Shown: positions 1 to 10,282 of the stretch, piece by piece
Position numbering within the stretch: the first letter of the stretch is position 1
How the letters are laid out: every line of letters starts with the position of its first letter
Sequence record: LR756504.1
Direction: 5' to 3' (one strand)
Length of the DNA stretch: 64,000 nt
Program-made: the position numbers and the translations under genes
Notes under the pieces: model-generated
Databases searched by the model: none
Told to the model about the DNA's origin: nothing
What the model saw: only the letters and a program-made list of their open reading frames with translations

Positions 1-341
1 ACCATTGCACTTAGAGCTAATACTTTAATTTCAGTGCCATTAAATTTAAATTTCTCTCTTATGAATGCTAAACTAAATTTATCGAATAAATATCTTTTAA
101 AAAATTCTAATCCTGATAAAATTAAAACACAAATAATTAATGCTATTGCTAAAGTAGATGGTGATTGTGTAGTAATAGCTTGTTTTAATATTTTATCTGC
201 ATGAAAATAAGCAAATACAATACTAAAAATATTAGCAACAAAGCTAGCATAAAATAAAATTTTAGTCAATCCTCTGTAATTGGAAAAGAAATCTTTATTT
301 TTTACTTCTTCTTTTAATTTTTTATAGTCATTAAAGTTCAT
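1..341 (-). CDS. Membrane protein, partial (runs off window start)
   Basis: Hand-translated from ATG at 341: MNFNDYKKLKEEVKNKDFFSNYRGLTKILFYASFVANIFSIVFAYF..., open to position 1, several hydrophobic helices; not in the ORF track. Confidence 0.6.
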   Translation of the reverse strand, partial: MNFNDYKKLKEEVKNKDFFSNYRGLTKILFYASFVANIFSIVFAYFHADKILKQAITTQSPSTLAIALIICVLILSGLEFFKRYLFDKFSLAFIREKFKFNGTEIKVLALSAM

Positions 342-436
342 ATTAAATATAGTTTTACGAATATTGTATTCCTAATTTTAGATTTGTTTTAAAATAGGGA
401 TACAATATTCGTAATTATCTATTATATATCTGATAA

Positions 437-2383
437 TCAAGCTTCTTTCTCTTCTTTCAATCCTACAGATATTGCATCATTTTCTATATTAATAACAAGT
501 GTAGAATCATTTTCAGGAGCGTTTACAAGTAAGAATTCACAAAGAGCATCGGTAATTTCATTCTGAATAGTTCTTTTTAAGAATCTTGCACCATATTCTT
601 CACTATATCCCTTATCAACCAAATATGTTTTAGCCTTTTTAGTGATTTTAAGATTATATCCTCTATTATCTTTAAGCATTTTTCTAACGCTATCAATCTC
701 AATCTCCATAATTTCAGCCATCTGATCTTTTTTCAATTGTTCGAATACTATTATATCATCAATCCTATTCCATATTTCTGGGGTAAAGAATTTCTTAGCA
801 GTTTCGATACTTTTATCACGAAGTTTATTATCGTCTTTAGCAAATCCAACAGATTTAATAGCAGTTTCTCTTGCACCAAGATTAGAAGTCATAATGACAA
901 TACAATTTCTAAAGTTAATTTTTTTACCACTACCATCCGTCAATTCACCAACATCTAACATTTGAAGAAGAGTGTTTAATACTTCTGGATTTGCTTTTTC
1001 TACTTCATCTAATAAAACTAAACTATACGGATTCCTTCTTAATTGTTCAAACTTACCACCTTTATCATGCCCAACATATCCTGGAGGCGCACCAATTAAA
1101 GCTGATGAACTAATCTTTTCCATGAATTCTGACATATCAAGTCTTAACAATGCACCGTTATACCAAGATTCTGCTAAAACTTTTGCAAGTTCTGTTTTAC
1201 CCGTGCCTGTCATACCAAGGAACAAAAAACTAGCAACGGGTTTGTTTGGTGAGTTAATCCCAAGAACACTCCTTCTTAATGCCTTAACGATTTTATCTTT
1301 TGCTTCTTGTTGACCAATGATACGTTCATCAAAATTTTTAATAAGTGTTTTTATTTTATCACCACCATTAAGTGTCATATCATCAAGAGGGATTTTTGAT
1401 TGTAAAGATATAACTTTAAGAATATCCTCTCTATTAATAACTCTTTTATTCTCCTCTCTTTTGGTTTCCCATTTATTAATTTCTTTAGTTAAAGATGTTT
1501 GAGTCTTTTTAATAGACTTCTTTAATAGCATAATATCTTGCCATCTCTCTTCTACTATTATAGATTTCTTTTCTTCATTTAAATCAGCAAGTTCTTGTTC
1601 AAGTTTTGATACTTTATCAGGGAAAGACATTGATTCTATATTAGCTTTTGCACCAGCTTCATCAACTAAGTCTATAGCTGAATCTGGTAAATGTCTGTCA
1701 GGTAAAAATCTTTTTGCAAGAAATGGAATTTCGGCTAAAACATCGTCGGGATAAACAACAGAATGATATTGTTCATAGCTTTCTTTACAATTTTGTAAAA
1801 TTTTTACAGTTGTTTCGGGTGTTGGATCTTCGACGCTAAGTTTTTGAAATCTTCTCGCCATTGCACCATCCTTTTCAAAATATTTTTTACATTCATCGTG
1901 TGTAGTAGCACCTATACATTGAATAGTACCATTACTCAAATGTGGTTTGAGTATATTTGCAATATTCATTGAGTTATTACTACTGCTATCCATAATAATA
2001 TGAATTTCATCAATGAATAGAATTATTTGTTTATTTTTAGCACAATAATCAGAAATAGATTTTAATCTCTCTTCCATCTGTCCTCTATATTGAGTACCAG
2101 CCATTATTGATCCAATATCTAAACTAAAAATTATTTTATCTTGTAAGACGTGTGGCACATCTTTGGATGCAATACGTTGTGCTATAAGCTCAACCATTGC
2201 TGTTTTACCAGAACCAGGATTTCCTATAAAAAGCAAATTATTCTTTTTTCTTCTGCTTAAAATTTGAACAGAGCGTTCGATTTCTTCTTCTCTACCATAC
2301 ACTTTATCTAGTTTACCAGCCTTAGCTTTCTCAGTTAAATTAACACCGTAATTCAATAGAGGATTTTCTATAGTTTTCTCCAT
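437..2383 (-). CDS. clpC: Clp/Hsp100 AAA+ ATPase (ClpC/ClpB-like) lacking the N-terminal Clp-repeat domain
   Basis: Walker A GNPGSGKT and GMTGTGKT, Walker B LFIDEIH and LLDEVEKA, RRFQ, short coiled-coil middle domain, YGAR motif. Confidence 0.93.
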   Translation of the reverse strand: MEKTIENPLLNYGVNLTEKAKAGKLDKVYGREEEIERSVQILSRRKKNNLLFIGNPGSGKTAMVELIAQRIASKDVPHVLQDKIIFSLDIGSIMAGTQYRGQMEERLKSISDYCAKNKQIILFIDEIHIIMDSSSNNSMNIANILKPHLSNGTIQCIGATTHDECKKYFEKDGAMARRFQKLSVEDPTPETTVKILQNCKESYEQYHSVVYPDDVLAEIPFLAKRFLPDRHLPDSAIDLVDEAGAKANIESMSFPDKVSKLEQELADLNEEKKSIIVEERWQDIMLLKKSIKKTQTSLTKEINKWETKREENKRVINREDILKVISLQSKIPLDDMTLNGGDKIKTLIKNFDERIIGQQEAKDKIVKALRRSVLGINSPNKPVASFLFLGMTGTGKTELAKVLAESWYNGALLRLDMSEFMEKISSSALIGAPPGYVGHDKGGKFEQLRRNPYSLVLLDEVEKANPEVLNTLLQMLDVGELTDGSGKKINFRNCIVIMTSNLGARETAIKSVGFAKDDNKLRDKSIETAKKFFTPEIWNRIDDIIVFEQLKKDQMAEIMEIEIDSVRKMLKDNRGYNLKITKKAKTYLVDKGYSEEYGARFLKRTIQNEITDALCEFLLVNAPENDSTLVINIENDAISVGLKEEKEA

Positions 2384-2463
2384 AATTACTTTATATATGT
2401 AAATAAAACCGTTTAGTTTTGTTTTTTCTAACTTTTTTTAGAAAAAATATAATATATAGTTAT

Positions 2464-2655
2464 ATGAAATGTGCTAAATGTAAATCTGAAAATTTAACCT
2501 TTATGGTCCCTGTATATCTCGAAATGCCCATAAAACATTATAGGAGAATCACTAAGCTCACTCTTAGAGAAAAGTCTACAAAAATTATGGGTGCTAATTG
2601 GGAGAATGAAACTATAAGGTGTTTAGATTGTGGGAATATAGAAAAAATGAAATAA
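2464..2655 (+). CDS. Small zinc-ribbon protein
   Basis: CAKC...CLDC; ATG at 2464 preferred over the upstream TTG start in the track. Confidence 0.55.
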   Translation: MKCAKCKSENLTFMVPVYLEMPIKHYRRITKLTLREKSTKIMGANWENETIRCLDCGNIEKMK

Positions 2656-2664
2656 TTATTATTA

Positions 2665-3585
2665 TTATTTAATATTAAACCATCTTTCGCAATCAATAGC
2701 AGCTTTACAACCATCACCCGATGCAGTTATAGCTTGTCTATAATAATTATCTCCGACATCACCAGCAATAAAAATACCTGGTATTTCAGACATAGTTCTA
2801 TGTTTAGGTACTAAATAACCAAAGTCATCTGATGTAATAATATCTTTAAGTAGCTCAGAATTAGGTGTATGGCCAATTGCTACAAATAGTGCATCTATAA
2901 TTAAACGTCTTTTACTAATACCGTCTTTAGTAGGGAGTAAGTATATACCACCTAAATTATTATTTAGTATTGCAAAACTACAGATTTGATAATCAGTTAA
3001 GAATTCTATATTACTAATTGTTTTACACCTATCTACCATAATTTTAGATGCTTTAAAATTATCTGATCGGTGTATGATATAAACTTTATTAGCAATATTA
3101 CTTAAATACGATGCTTCTTCCATTGCGGTATCACCACCACCAACTACTGCAACATCTTTCCCTTTATAAAAAAATCCATCGCATGTCGCACATGTATGTA
3201 AACCATAACCAAGTAATTCTTTCTCACCTTCTATGTTTAGCATTTTTGGAGTAGATCCAGTTGCTATTATAACAGCATCAAAAGATTCTTCTATTTTATC
3301 ATAACTAACTATGAATGAATTATTTTCTATTTTTATTGATTGAACTATAGTGTGTATTAATTCAGAACCAAATCGTTGTGCTTGCTTCATCATATTAGAC
3401 ATTAATTCACTACCGTTTATTCCGTCAATAAATCCTGGAAAGTTTTCAATTTCTGTTGTTTGAGTTAATTGACCACCAGCCAATTGTCCTAAGAAATTTT
3501 TCACTTTTATATTTGCTCTCGATAAATAAATTGATGCTGTTAATCCAGCAGGACCAGAACCAATTACTGCTACTTTCTTACTCAT
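2665..3585 (-). CDS. trxB: Thioredoxin reductase
   Basis: GSGPAG FAD motif, CATCDG redox centre, GGGDTAMEEA, GHTPN, AGDV. Confidence 0.97.
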   Translation of the reverse strand: MSKKVAVIGSGPAGLTASIYLSRANIKVKNFLGQLAGGQLTQTTEIENFPGFIDGINGSELMSNMMKQAQRFGSELIHTIVQSIKIENNSFIVSYDKIEESFDAVIIATGSTPKMLNIEGEKELLGYGLHTCATCDGFFYKGKDVAVVGGGDTAMEEASYLSNIANKVYIIHRSDNFKASKIMVDRCKTISNIEFLTDYQICSFAILNNNLGGIYLLPTKDGISKRRLIIDALFVAIGHTPNSELLKDIITSDDFGYLVPKHRTMSEIPGIFIAGDVGDNYYRQAITASGDGCKAAIDCERWFNIK

Positions 3586-3588
3586 AAA

Positions 3589-3903
3589 TTAAATTTTTGC
3601 TCTTCCTGTTATTCTTTCCCATATAGACAATTTTTTAGTTAAATGTGATTTTAAAAAACTTATTTGTGTATTTTGAAAATCTATTTTTTTTTCTAAAGAT
3701 TCTATCTTAATATTTAATTCTTTTAATATCTTATCTCTATGATGAAGTTCGTGTTTTATCCAACTATTGTTTTCTTGAATTTGTCTATAATAAAATTGAT
3801 AATAATTCAAGAATTCTATCAATTCTGGATATGAATAACCATAATGACTTTTAAAATCTGCCGTTAATAGAAAATCTAAAATTCCTTCTTTATTCTTATT
3901 CAT
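3589..3903 (-). CDS. Hypothetical coiled-coil protein
   Basis: 104-aa ORF packed between polB and trxB. Confidence 0.6.
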   Translation of the reverse strand: MNKNKEGILDFLLTADFKSHYGYSYPELIEFLNYYQFYYRQIQENNSWIKHELHHRDKILKELNIKIESLEKKIDFQNTQISFLKSHLTKKLSIWERITGRAKI

Positions 3904-3931
3904 TTAAATATTATTTTTTTAATCTACATTA

Positions 3932-5158
3932 TTAAAATAATGATAATGTAAATGTTAACTTAGAATCAAGTTCTGATAGACCTAGAACTACATTGAATCT
4001 ATTTATAAGTGCTAATATACATTTCTCAAACTGTGTGTCATAATCAATCGGTGCATGTAGCATAGCAATTTCTTTTGGGTATTGTCCTGCCATATATGCA
4101 AACTCATTACATATAGGATTGCTTGTATAATAATATTTGATTTTAGAACCAGATTTAATCAAATTATATTTACTCTTATATTTAGGATTTTGATTCAATA
4201 GGTAATTATGTAATGCTGATGCTTTAACACCATGATGTGCTCCTTTAGCAAGCAGTAAAGAAGTTTGATCATTCAAAACCATTTGACCATATTTATTACA
4301 TGAAGTACTCATACTAATGTCTTCTATACTAGCAATTTTAAATTGGCTTTTTAATTCTCTTATAATTTTTACTAAGTCTCTATCGTTATAAGTATTAGGA
4401 TTTTTAAAATAATATTTTATAATGTCATACACTTTTTGTCTAGCGAATAATGGAGAACTTGAACGTACTAAGTCAATGCCCTTTGATTGTATATTACTTT
4501 CATGTTCAAAGAAAGTACCTTTTTTCTGCCATTCTGGATTTGCATCATTTGGTGAACCATCCTCCCATACAGCATTTTTAACATACATTTTTTTCTCTAA
4601 GAAAATAATAGATTTACATACTTGCTCCAATTCAAAATCTTGTACATTCTTAACTTTGTATTTTTGTGCATACAAATCTAATACATTTTTAAAATATCCA
4701 GATAATCTATGACTACAAACTGTATGTAGGAACTCTAATGGATCACCTTCCCAACCACAGCTTTCCATTGCAGGTTTCATTGTAAAGAAATTTGAATCAG
4801 TGTCTACATAAACACAACATTCAACATCAGTAGGAATTGGTTTCACGTCAGTTACTCCAAGAATTTTATGAAGTTCTGTATCTAAATGCCATTTTTTCTT
4901 AAAATAATGATTGCCTGCTCTATCCATGATTTTAATTAAATCTCTACCATGTGCAGTAATTGTCGATGCAACTCCGTTACAAAAACAAACAAAATGACGG
5001 TTTGCGAACGCACCGTAAGATCCATTAAGTGACAATTTTAATGCAAGTTGCATAGAATTGAATGAATCTGCTTGTTTTTTTAAGATTTCTATCTGATTTT
5101 TCTTTTCTTCAATTAAGACTTTTAATTGCTTTTTTCTTTCTGCTTTTGTAATTTCCAT
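3932..5158 (-). CDS. Family B DNA polymerase, C-terminal subunit of a split enzyme (fingers/palm/thumb)
   Basis: Region III KLSLNGSYG, region I YVDTDS, KKMY and KGIDLVRS motifs; no exonuclease domain or region II DxxSLYP in this ORF. Confidence 0.88.
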   Translation of the reverse strand: MEITKAERKKQLKVLIEEKKNQIEILKKQADSFNSMQLALKLSLNGSYGAFANRHFVCFCNGVASTITAHGRDLIKIMDRAGNHYFKKKWHLDTELHKILGVTDVKPIPTDVECCVYVDTDSNFFTMKPAMESCGWEGDPLEFLHTVCSHRLSGYFKNVLDLYAQKYKVKNVQDFELEQVCKSIIFLEKKMYVKNAVWEDGSPNDANPEWQKKGTFFEHESNIQSKGIDLVRSSSPLFARQKVYDIIKYYFKNPNTYNDRDLVKIIRELKSQFKIASIEDISMSTSCNKYGQMVLNDQTSLLLAKGAHHGVKASALHNYLLNQNPKYKSKYNLIKSGSKIKYYYTSNPICNEFAYMAGQYPKEIAMLHAPIDYDTQFEKCILALINRFNVVLGLSELDSKLTFTLSLF

Positions 5159-5253
5159 ATTTTAATTATATCTACTATATATGACAAAAATGATATAAGT
5201 TTAAAAACAATATGAACAAATTATCTCTAATGTAGACAAATAAAACTAATTAA

Positions 5254-5619
5254 CTATTCTTCTTTATCATCTCTTTTATTTTTAGCATCTATAGATGAAT
5301 ATTTCACACCAACCCAATCGGTAGGTAATTTATTCTGAATACTTTTAAAAACATCTTTATTAATTGGCTTATCCATATCTTTAAGTCTCTTTTTAAAAGA
5401 ATATTCCATTGAATTTAAAATTGTGTTAATTTCATCTTCGTTAAAAGTTGCTTTATTTCCATTTAATAGTTTAAATAGTGCATTTTTAGAGTTTTCGGCA
5501 GTTTTTTTCTTAGAATATTCGACTTTGCTCCAAAGGTATTCTCTTTCTTCTTTATTTATAGAAACTGATTCGTTCATATTTTCATTATTTTTATGAAATT
5601 CTTCAAAATTTTTAATCAT
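5254..5619 (-). CDS. Hypothetical protein with KNFEEF N-terminal motif (possible head-internal protein)
   Basis: ATG at 5619 gives MIKNFEEFHK; AATATATA lies upstream. Confidence 0.6.
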   Translation of the reverse strand: MIKNFEEFHKNNENMNESVSINKEEREYLWSKVEYSKKKTAENSKNALFKLLNGNKATFNEDEINTILNSMEYSFKKRLKDMDKPINKDVFKSIQNKLPTDWVGVKYSSIDAKNKRDDKEE

Positions 5620-5773
5620 GTAAATATACAATTTTATTTATATATTGTCAAATTTTTTGGAAAAATGTAAAATTAATAGTATATTTATAAATTATGAGCA
5701 TAAATATTAAAAGTCTTACATATGAAGATGTTAAAAATATGTATCAAACAATTGATAATGAACAAACTAAAAT

Positions 5774-6034
5774 ATGGAAAATAAAGATTTAATCAATGTA
5801 GGTTTTCAAGAGATATCTCATTTTACTATTGGTAATACTCTTATATTTCCATTGGGAAGAGATAGACATTTATCGGCAAGTAATATAGGAACTCCCAATG
5901 AATTTCTATATATTTGTAGTACGGATGATAAAGATTCTAAGAAAATTACGGATTTAATATGCTTACATAATTATGATTATGATGGCTATTTAACTATGGA
6001 AAAAATTATAGGCTTAATAAAAATATTAAAATAA
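5774..6034 (+). CDS. Hypothetical protein
   Basis: 86-aa ORF abutting smpB. Confidence 0.6.
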   Translation: MENKDLINVGFQEISHFTIGNTLIFPLGRDRHLSASNIGTPNEFLYICSTDDKDSKKITDLICLHNYDYDGYLTMEKIIGLIKILK

Positions 6035-6035
6035 A

Positions 6036-6470
6036 ATGGAATTAAAGAATAGAAAAGCTAGTTTTGATTATCATTTCGAAGATACTGAAATTGCTGGGAT
6101 TGTGTTAACTGGTTCTGAAATAAAATCATTACGTGAGGGTAAAGCTAGTTTAGTAGAAGGCTTTATATTCATTGACGATGATAATGAAATGTGGTTGAAA
6201 AAAATGTATATTGCACCATACGAAAATGGTGGATATGCAAACCACGAGCCTGTTAGAGATAGAAAACTTCTAATGACTAAGAAGCAGATTCAAAAATGGG
6301 ATAAAGAGGTTCAGACATCAAATTTAACTATTATTCCAGTTAAAGGATTTTTTAATAAGAAAGGTATATTCAAATTAGAAATCGCTCTTGCTAAGGGTAA
6401 AAAACAATATAATAAAAAAGAATCTATAAAAGCTAAAGATATTAAAAGGGATTTAGATAGAAATTTATAA
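6036..6470 (+). CDS. smpB: SsrA-binding protein SmpB
   Basis: NRKASFDY, AGIVLTGSEIKSLR, EPVRDRKLL, LAKGKKQYNKKESIK tail. Confidence 0.97.
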   Translation: MELKNRKASFDYHFEDTEIAGIVLTGSEIKSLREGKASLVEGFIFIDDDNEMWLKKMYIAPYENGGYANHEPVRDRKLLMTKKQIQKWDKEVQTSNLTIIPVKGFFNKKGIFKLEIALAKGKKQYNKKESIKAKDIKRDLDRNL

Positions 6471-6934
6471 TGGAAAAAGGTAAACACTTTTTACAAAAAA
6501 CTGAGTATACATGTGGGCCTGCTTGTATGAGAATGGTTTTATCAGATTTTGATATTGAATCAACTGAGATTGAATTGAAGAAGATGATGGATACCAACGA
6601 AAAAACTGGTACAACATACGAAAATATAATTACTTGTGGTATTGATAAATATAATTTATATTGTAAAAGTGGTGAAGACGGCTCTCTCGAATTATTGGAA
6701 TATTTAGCAAAGACTGGATGGAGCGTAATTGTTTGTTATACGTTAGGTACTATGCCACACTATGCATTATATGGAAATAGTAATGGTCAACATATATTTC
6801 TTCGTGATCCAGCTTTTTCAAAAAGAAATTCTATAACAATACATAAATTTTTGAAATCTTGGAGAGTCGATATGAAATCTTTTAAGAAATTAAACTCATT
6901 TAGATGGTACACAGCATTTAAAGACATAAGATAA
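6470..6934 (+). CDS. Peptidase C39-like cysteine protease
   Basis: QKTEYTCGPAC with later PHY and LRDPA (Cys-His-Asp). Confidence 0.8.
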   Translation: MEKGKHFLQKTEYTCGPACMRMVLSDFDIESTEIELKKMMDTNEKTGTTYENIITCGIDKYNLYCKSGEDGSLELLEYLAKTGWSVIVCYTLGTMPHYALYGNSNGQHIFLRDPAFSKRNSITIHKFLKSWRVDMKSFKKLNSFRWYTAFKDIR

Positions 6935-7449
6935 TGAAAGAGATAAAAAGAATTAGAGAAATTACGATTATGGTGAATAAACAAAGTGAAGGTTATACGT
7001 TTGATTTACATCCATTATCATTAAAAGAAGTTCGTGAATATTCACCAATGGCATTACGTGGTGCTATATTTGTATCGTATGATACTAAGATAGATTTTGA
7101 AATTTTTCAAGACAATGTATTGCCTCGTGTAATAGAAATATTGACTAATATGGATAACGAAAAATTACTCCATATTGATATTAAACTTATTATTCCTTAT
7201 TCAGGTGAAGAAATATACATTAATAATTCAAAATCATGTTATGCATCCGATAATACTGTATTAGAAATTATCTTCGCAGAAGAAGAGAATATTGATGCAA
7301 GATATTGGTTTAGAGATATTGGTAAAGCTATAATTGAAAGAGAATATTTAGAAAATTACCATATATTAATATCTAAATATAGAATTTCTATAGTTTTAGG
7401 TAGTAGATGGTTTGTTAAACCTAATTATTATACTTTTTTAGGAGAATAA
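6934..7449 (+). CDS. Hypothetical protein
   Basis: 171-aa ORF coupled to the upstream stop codon. Confidence 0.6.
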   Translation: MKEIKRIREITIMVNKQSEGYTFDLHPLSLKEVREYSPMALRGAIFVSYDTKIDFEIFQDNVLPRVIEILTNMDNEKLLHIDIKLIIPYSGEEIYINNSKSCYASDNTVLEIIFAEEENIDARYWFRDIGKAIIEREYLENYHILISKYRISIVLGSRWFVKPNYYTFLGE

Positions 7450-7485
7450 TTTGTAAAATTGTGATAATTTATTTATATTTATAAT

Positions 7486-8055
7486 ATGCACTTAAATAAA
7501 GATAATATATTTTTCATATCGGATACTCATTTTTGGCATAAAAATGTAATAAAATTCGATAATCGACCATTCAAATCTGTCGAAGAAATGAATGAAGCTT
7601 TGATATTAAATTGGAATAATGTTGTTAAAAAGGATAATATAGTATTCTTTTTGGGTGATTTTGCATTTGCAGGAATAACAAAAACAAAAGAGATTGCGGA
7701 TAGACTTAATGGGATTATACATGTAATTACAGGAAATCATGATAATACAAAATTATTAGCTAAAACTGGTAGATTTGTATCTATAGAAGGATATAAAGAG
7801 ATATGGATAGAAGGTACTTTGATATGTATGTCTCACTACCCTATGATAGTATGGAATTCACATCACAGAGGTTCTATCCATCTGCACGGACATTCTCACG
7901 GTAGTTTAATTCCAACCGAATTTGGTAAAACTTATTATAAAAGAAAAGTAATAGATGTTGGATGTAATAATATTAATTATACACCTATATCTTATTTAGA
8001 TATTTGTAAAATAATGAATGAAAAGGCTATTATTACTATTGATAATCATAAATAA
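7486..8055 (+). CDS. Calcineurin-like metallophosphoesterase
   Basis: SDTHF, LGDF, GNHD, SHYP, HGHSH motifs. Confidence 0.92.
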   Translation: MHLNKDNIFFISDTHFWHKNVIKFDNRPFKSVEEMNEALILNWNNVVKKDNIVFFLGDFAFAGITKTKEIADRLNGIIHVITGNHDNTKLLAKTGRFVSIEGYKEIWIEGTLICMSHYPMIVWNSHHRGSIHLHGHSHGSLIPTEFGKTYYKRKVIDVGCNNINYTPISYLDICKIMNEKAIITIDNHK

Positions 8056-8095
8056 AATTTTAAAACTTTTATAAGTCATTTTACATATAATATAC

Positions 8096-8572
8096 ATGTC
8101 GAGTATAATCTTTGGTGCATCATTACTATTAGCAGTTTTAGTTTTTCTATTAATATTGGAAATTTTTTTTCTATTATTTAGTAAATCTGTATCATGTATA
8201 AATAAAGTTTATAATTTATTAAAAAATATAAACAATTTGGTATATGTTGGTAATTGTTTTTACTATAACTTCTATTATACTGATGATAAACATTTCTGGA
8301 TTTTACAATATTCACCAAGAAGTCCTAAAATATTTAGGTTATATAAATGGGAAGATAACAGTTTAGACAACAAACATTTTTACTGTCAATTAGGACAACC
8401 CATTTCAGGTATTATGTTTCATATCATAACAAACAAGCTGGATAAAATTATAATTCCATTGAGTGGAGGAAGTAATACGGATGACATTAGAAAGGAGGCA
8501 TCTATTATGAATTCTTATATAGAATTTAAAAGGATTTCAAAGCGTAAGAATTTAATTGATGAACTAATGTAA
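8096..8572 (+). CDS. Hypothetical membrane-anchored protein
   Basis: N-terminal hydrophobic helix; C-terminal KRKNLIDEL. Confidence 0.6.
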   Translation: MSSIIFGASLLLAVLVFLLILEIFFLLFSKSVSCINKVYNLLKNINNLVYVGNCFYYNFYYTDDKHFWILQYSPRSPKIFRLYKWEDNSLDNKHFYCQLGQPISGIMFHIITNKLDKIIIPLSGGSNTDDIRKEASIMNSYIEFKRISKRKNLIDELM

Positions 8573-8617
8573 TGTAGATGCTTTCTTTTTATAAATAAAT
8601 TAAATAATAGGTACTGA

Positions 8618-9268
8618 ATGTCTTTATTTAATTTAGAGTCTAAAAAAATTCTTCTCGATTTTCGATATGCAAAAGAGGAACTAAACATAAAGAAAGAGAT
8701 GATTGAAGAAATGAATGGACTCTTTAATAAAGCGGTTTCTGAATATCTTCAAAATGACATTGAATTGAAAACTCAATGGGATTTGTACCTTAAAAAGTCT
8801 GATGATAATATATCTAAAATATTGGATTTACAGAAATTTGAAGGTGATGTATATAAAATTGAAGATAATAATGAATCTATACAAGAAGTATTTGAAATAG
8901 AAGAAACAATAGAAAGCGAATTAGATAATTTTTTAAGACACGTTTATAGAGAAATTGTAAAGAAAACCCATCCTGATAAAACTACACATCTTTCAGAAGA
9001 AGAAAGAAATGTGAGGGATAAATTATACTTGGATGCTACAGTTGCATATGAGATAAAAAGTTTAGCTGATATTTTATATTGTGCATACATACTTAAAATT
9101 CCATTTGAAATAAATAAAGATTATGTGGAATCTTTAAAAGATTCTTTACAAAGATGTAAAATGGAATCTATTTTTTTAGAAAAAACATATACATGGCAAT
9201 GGTATCATGTTGATGAAATAATTAAACAAGAACTAATATTTAAGTTTGTGAAACATTCAGTAAAGTAA
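8618..9268 (+). CDS. J-domain-like co-chaperone
   Basis: LRHVYREIVKKTHPDK (HPD motif) after a coiled coil. Confidence 0.65.
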   Translation: MSLFNLESKKILLDFRYAKEELNIKKEMIEEMNGLFNKAVSEYLQNDIELKTQWDLYLKKSDDNISKILDLQKFEGDVYKIEDNNESIQEVFEIEETIESELDNFLRHVYREIVKKTHPDKTTHLSEEERNVRDKLYLDATVAYEIKSLADILYCAYILKIPFEINKDYVESLKDSLQRCKMESIFLEKTYTWQWYHVDEIIKQELIFKFVKHSVK

Positions 9269-9273
9269 AAATA

Positions 9274-10233
9274 TTATGATAAGTATTTAATTTCCACATA
9301 ATCATCTACATCAATTATGTATGGTAAATACGTTAAATCAAAATAAAGTGTAGATGTTGTTGTTGGTTTGTAATTACTTACCGAATCGAAATAATAATCT
9401 TGTTTTTTTAATTTAACACCATTAATGAATATATCGGCATCAGTTACAGCATTTATAGGATATGTAAACGTTCCACCGTAAGTAACTGCTCCAGATGTTC
9501 CAGATAAAGAAAAGCCTGTTTGCTCTAACCAAATATTTTGATTTAATGCTGAACCACTTACAGCATTATCAACATAAGCTTTATCAACAAGTGAGCGATT
9601 AGTATAAGTAGAAGAATAATCAGCAGCATATTTAAATCCGCCATTAGTACCAGATACATCCGTATATAAACCTCCACCATTTAAATGTAATGTTGCTAAT
9701 GGTGAAGATAATGCTATAGCAGATGCAATGATATTTACATTACCACTACTTGATGTTATATTAGTATTAAATGTCGATACTATATTAACGATACCATTTG
9801 TTGCACTTGTACCATTACTGTATAAATTTATGCTATTTGCTGTAATATTATTATAACCATTTGAAGCTATTAATGATATACCATCAGTGTTTGTAGTAGT
9901 TAAACTAATTTTATCAGAATCGGAATAATTTTGAATATTAAGTACTACACTATCGGATTCTATTGCAATACCAGAACCAACATTTACATTAATTATACCA
10001 GATGTAGAATCACCAGATAGTCCTGCGCCAGCAAGAGTTGTAGTGTTTGACGTTGCGGTATTAATTTTGCTATCTACATAATCTTTTGTAGTAAATTCTC
10101 TTACATCTACAATTTCGCTGATTGTTTTATCAGAACCTAAAGTAGCAGTATCAGGTAAAATTTTACTACCACTGCGTATTTTTTCTAAATCTAATGAATC
10201 ATTCTTAATCTGCTTCCCTTTAATTTGTCCCAT
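9274..10233 (-). CDS. Probable virion structural or tail-appendage protein
   Basis: S/T/G/N-rich, TTKDYVD and DKAYVD fibre-like motifs, C-terminal FINGVK...DDYVEIKY module. Confidence 0.6.
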   Translation of the reverse strand: MGQIKGKQIKNDSLDLEKIRSGSKILPDTATLGSDKTISEIVDVREFTTKDYVDSKINTATSNTTTLAGAGLSGDSTSGIINVNVGSGIAIESDSVVLNIQNYSDSDKISLTTTNTDGISLIASNGYNNITANSINLYSNGTSATNGIVNIVSTFNTNITSSSGNVNIIASAIALSSPLATLHLNGGGLYTDVSGTNGGFKYAADYSSTYTNRSLVDKAYVDNAVSGSALNQNIWLEQTGFSLSGTSGAVTYGGTFTYPINAVTDADIFINGVKLKKQDYYFDSVSNYKPTTTSTLYFDLTYLPYIIDVDDYVEIKYLS

Positions 10234-10282
10234 TAAATTCTTTAGGATTTAATGTATATATAAAAAAATTGAAATATTTAAT

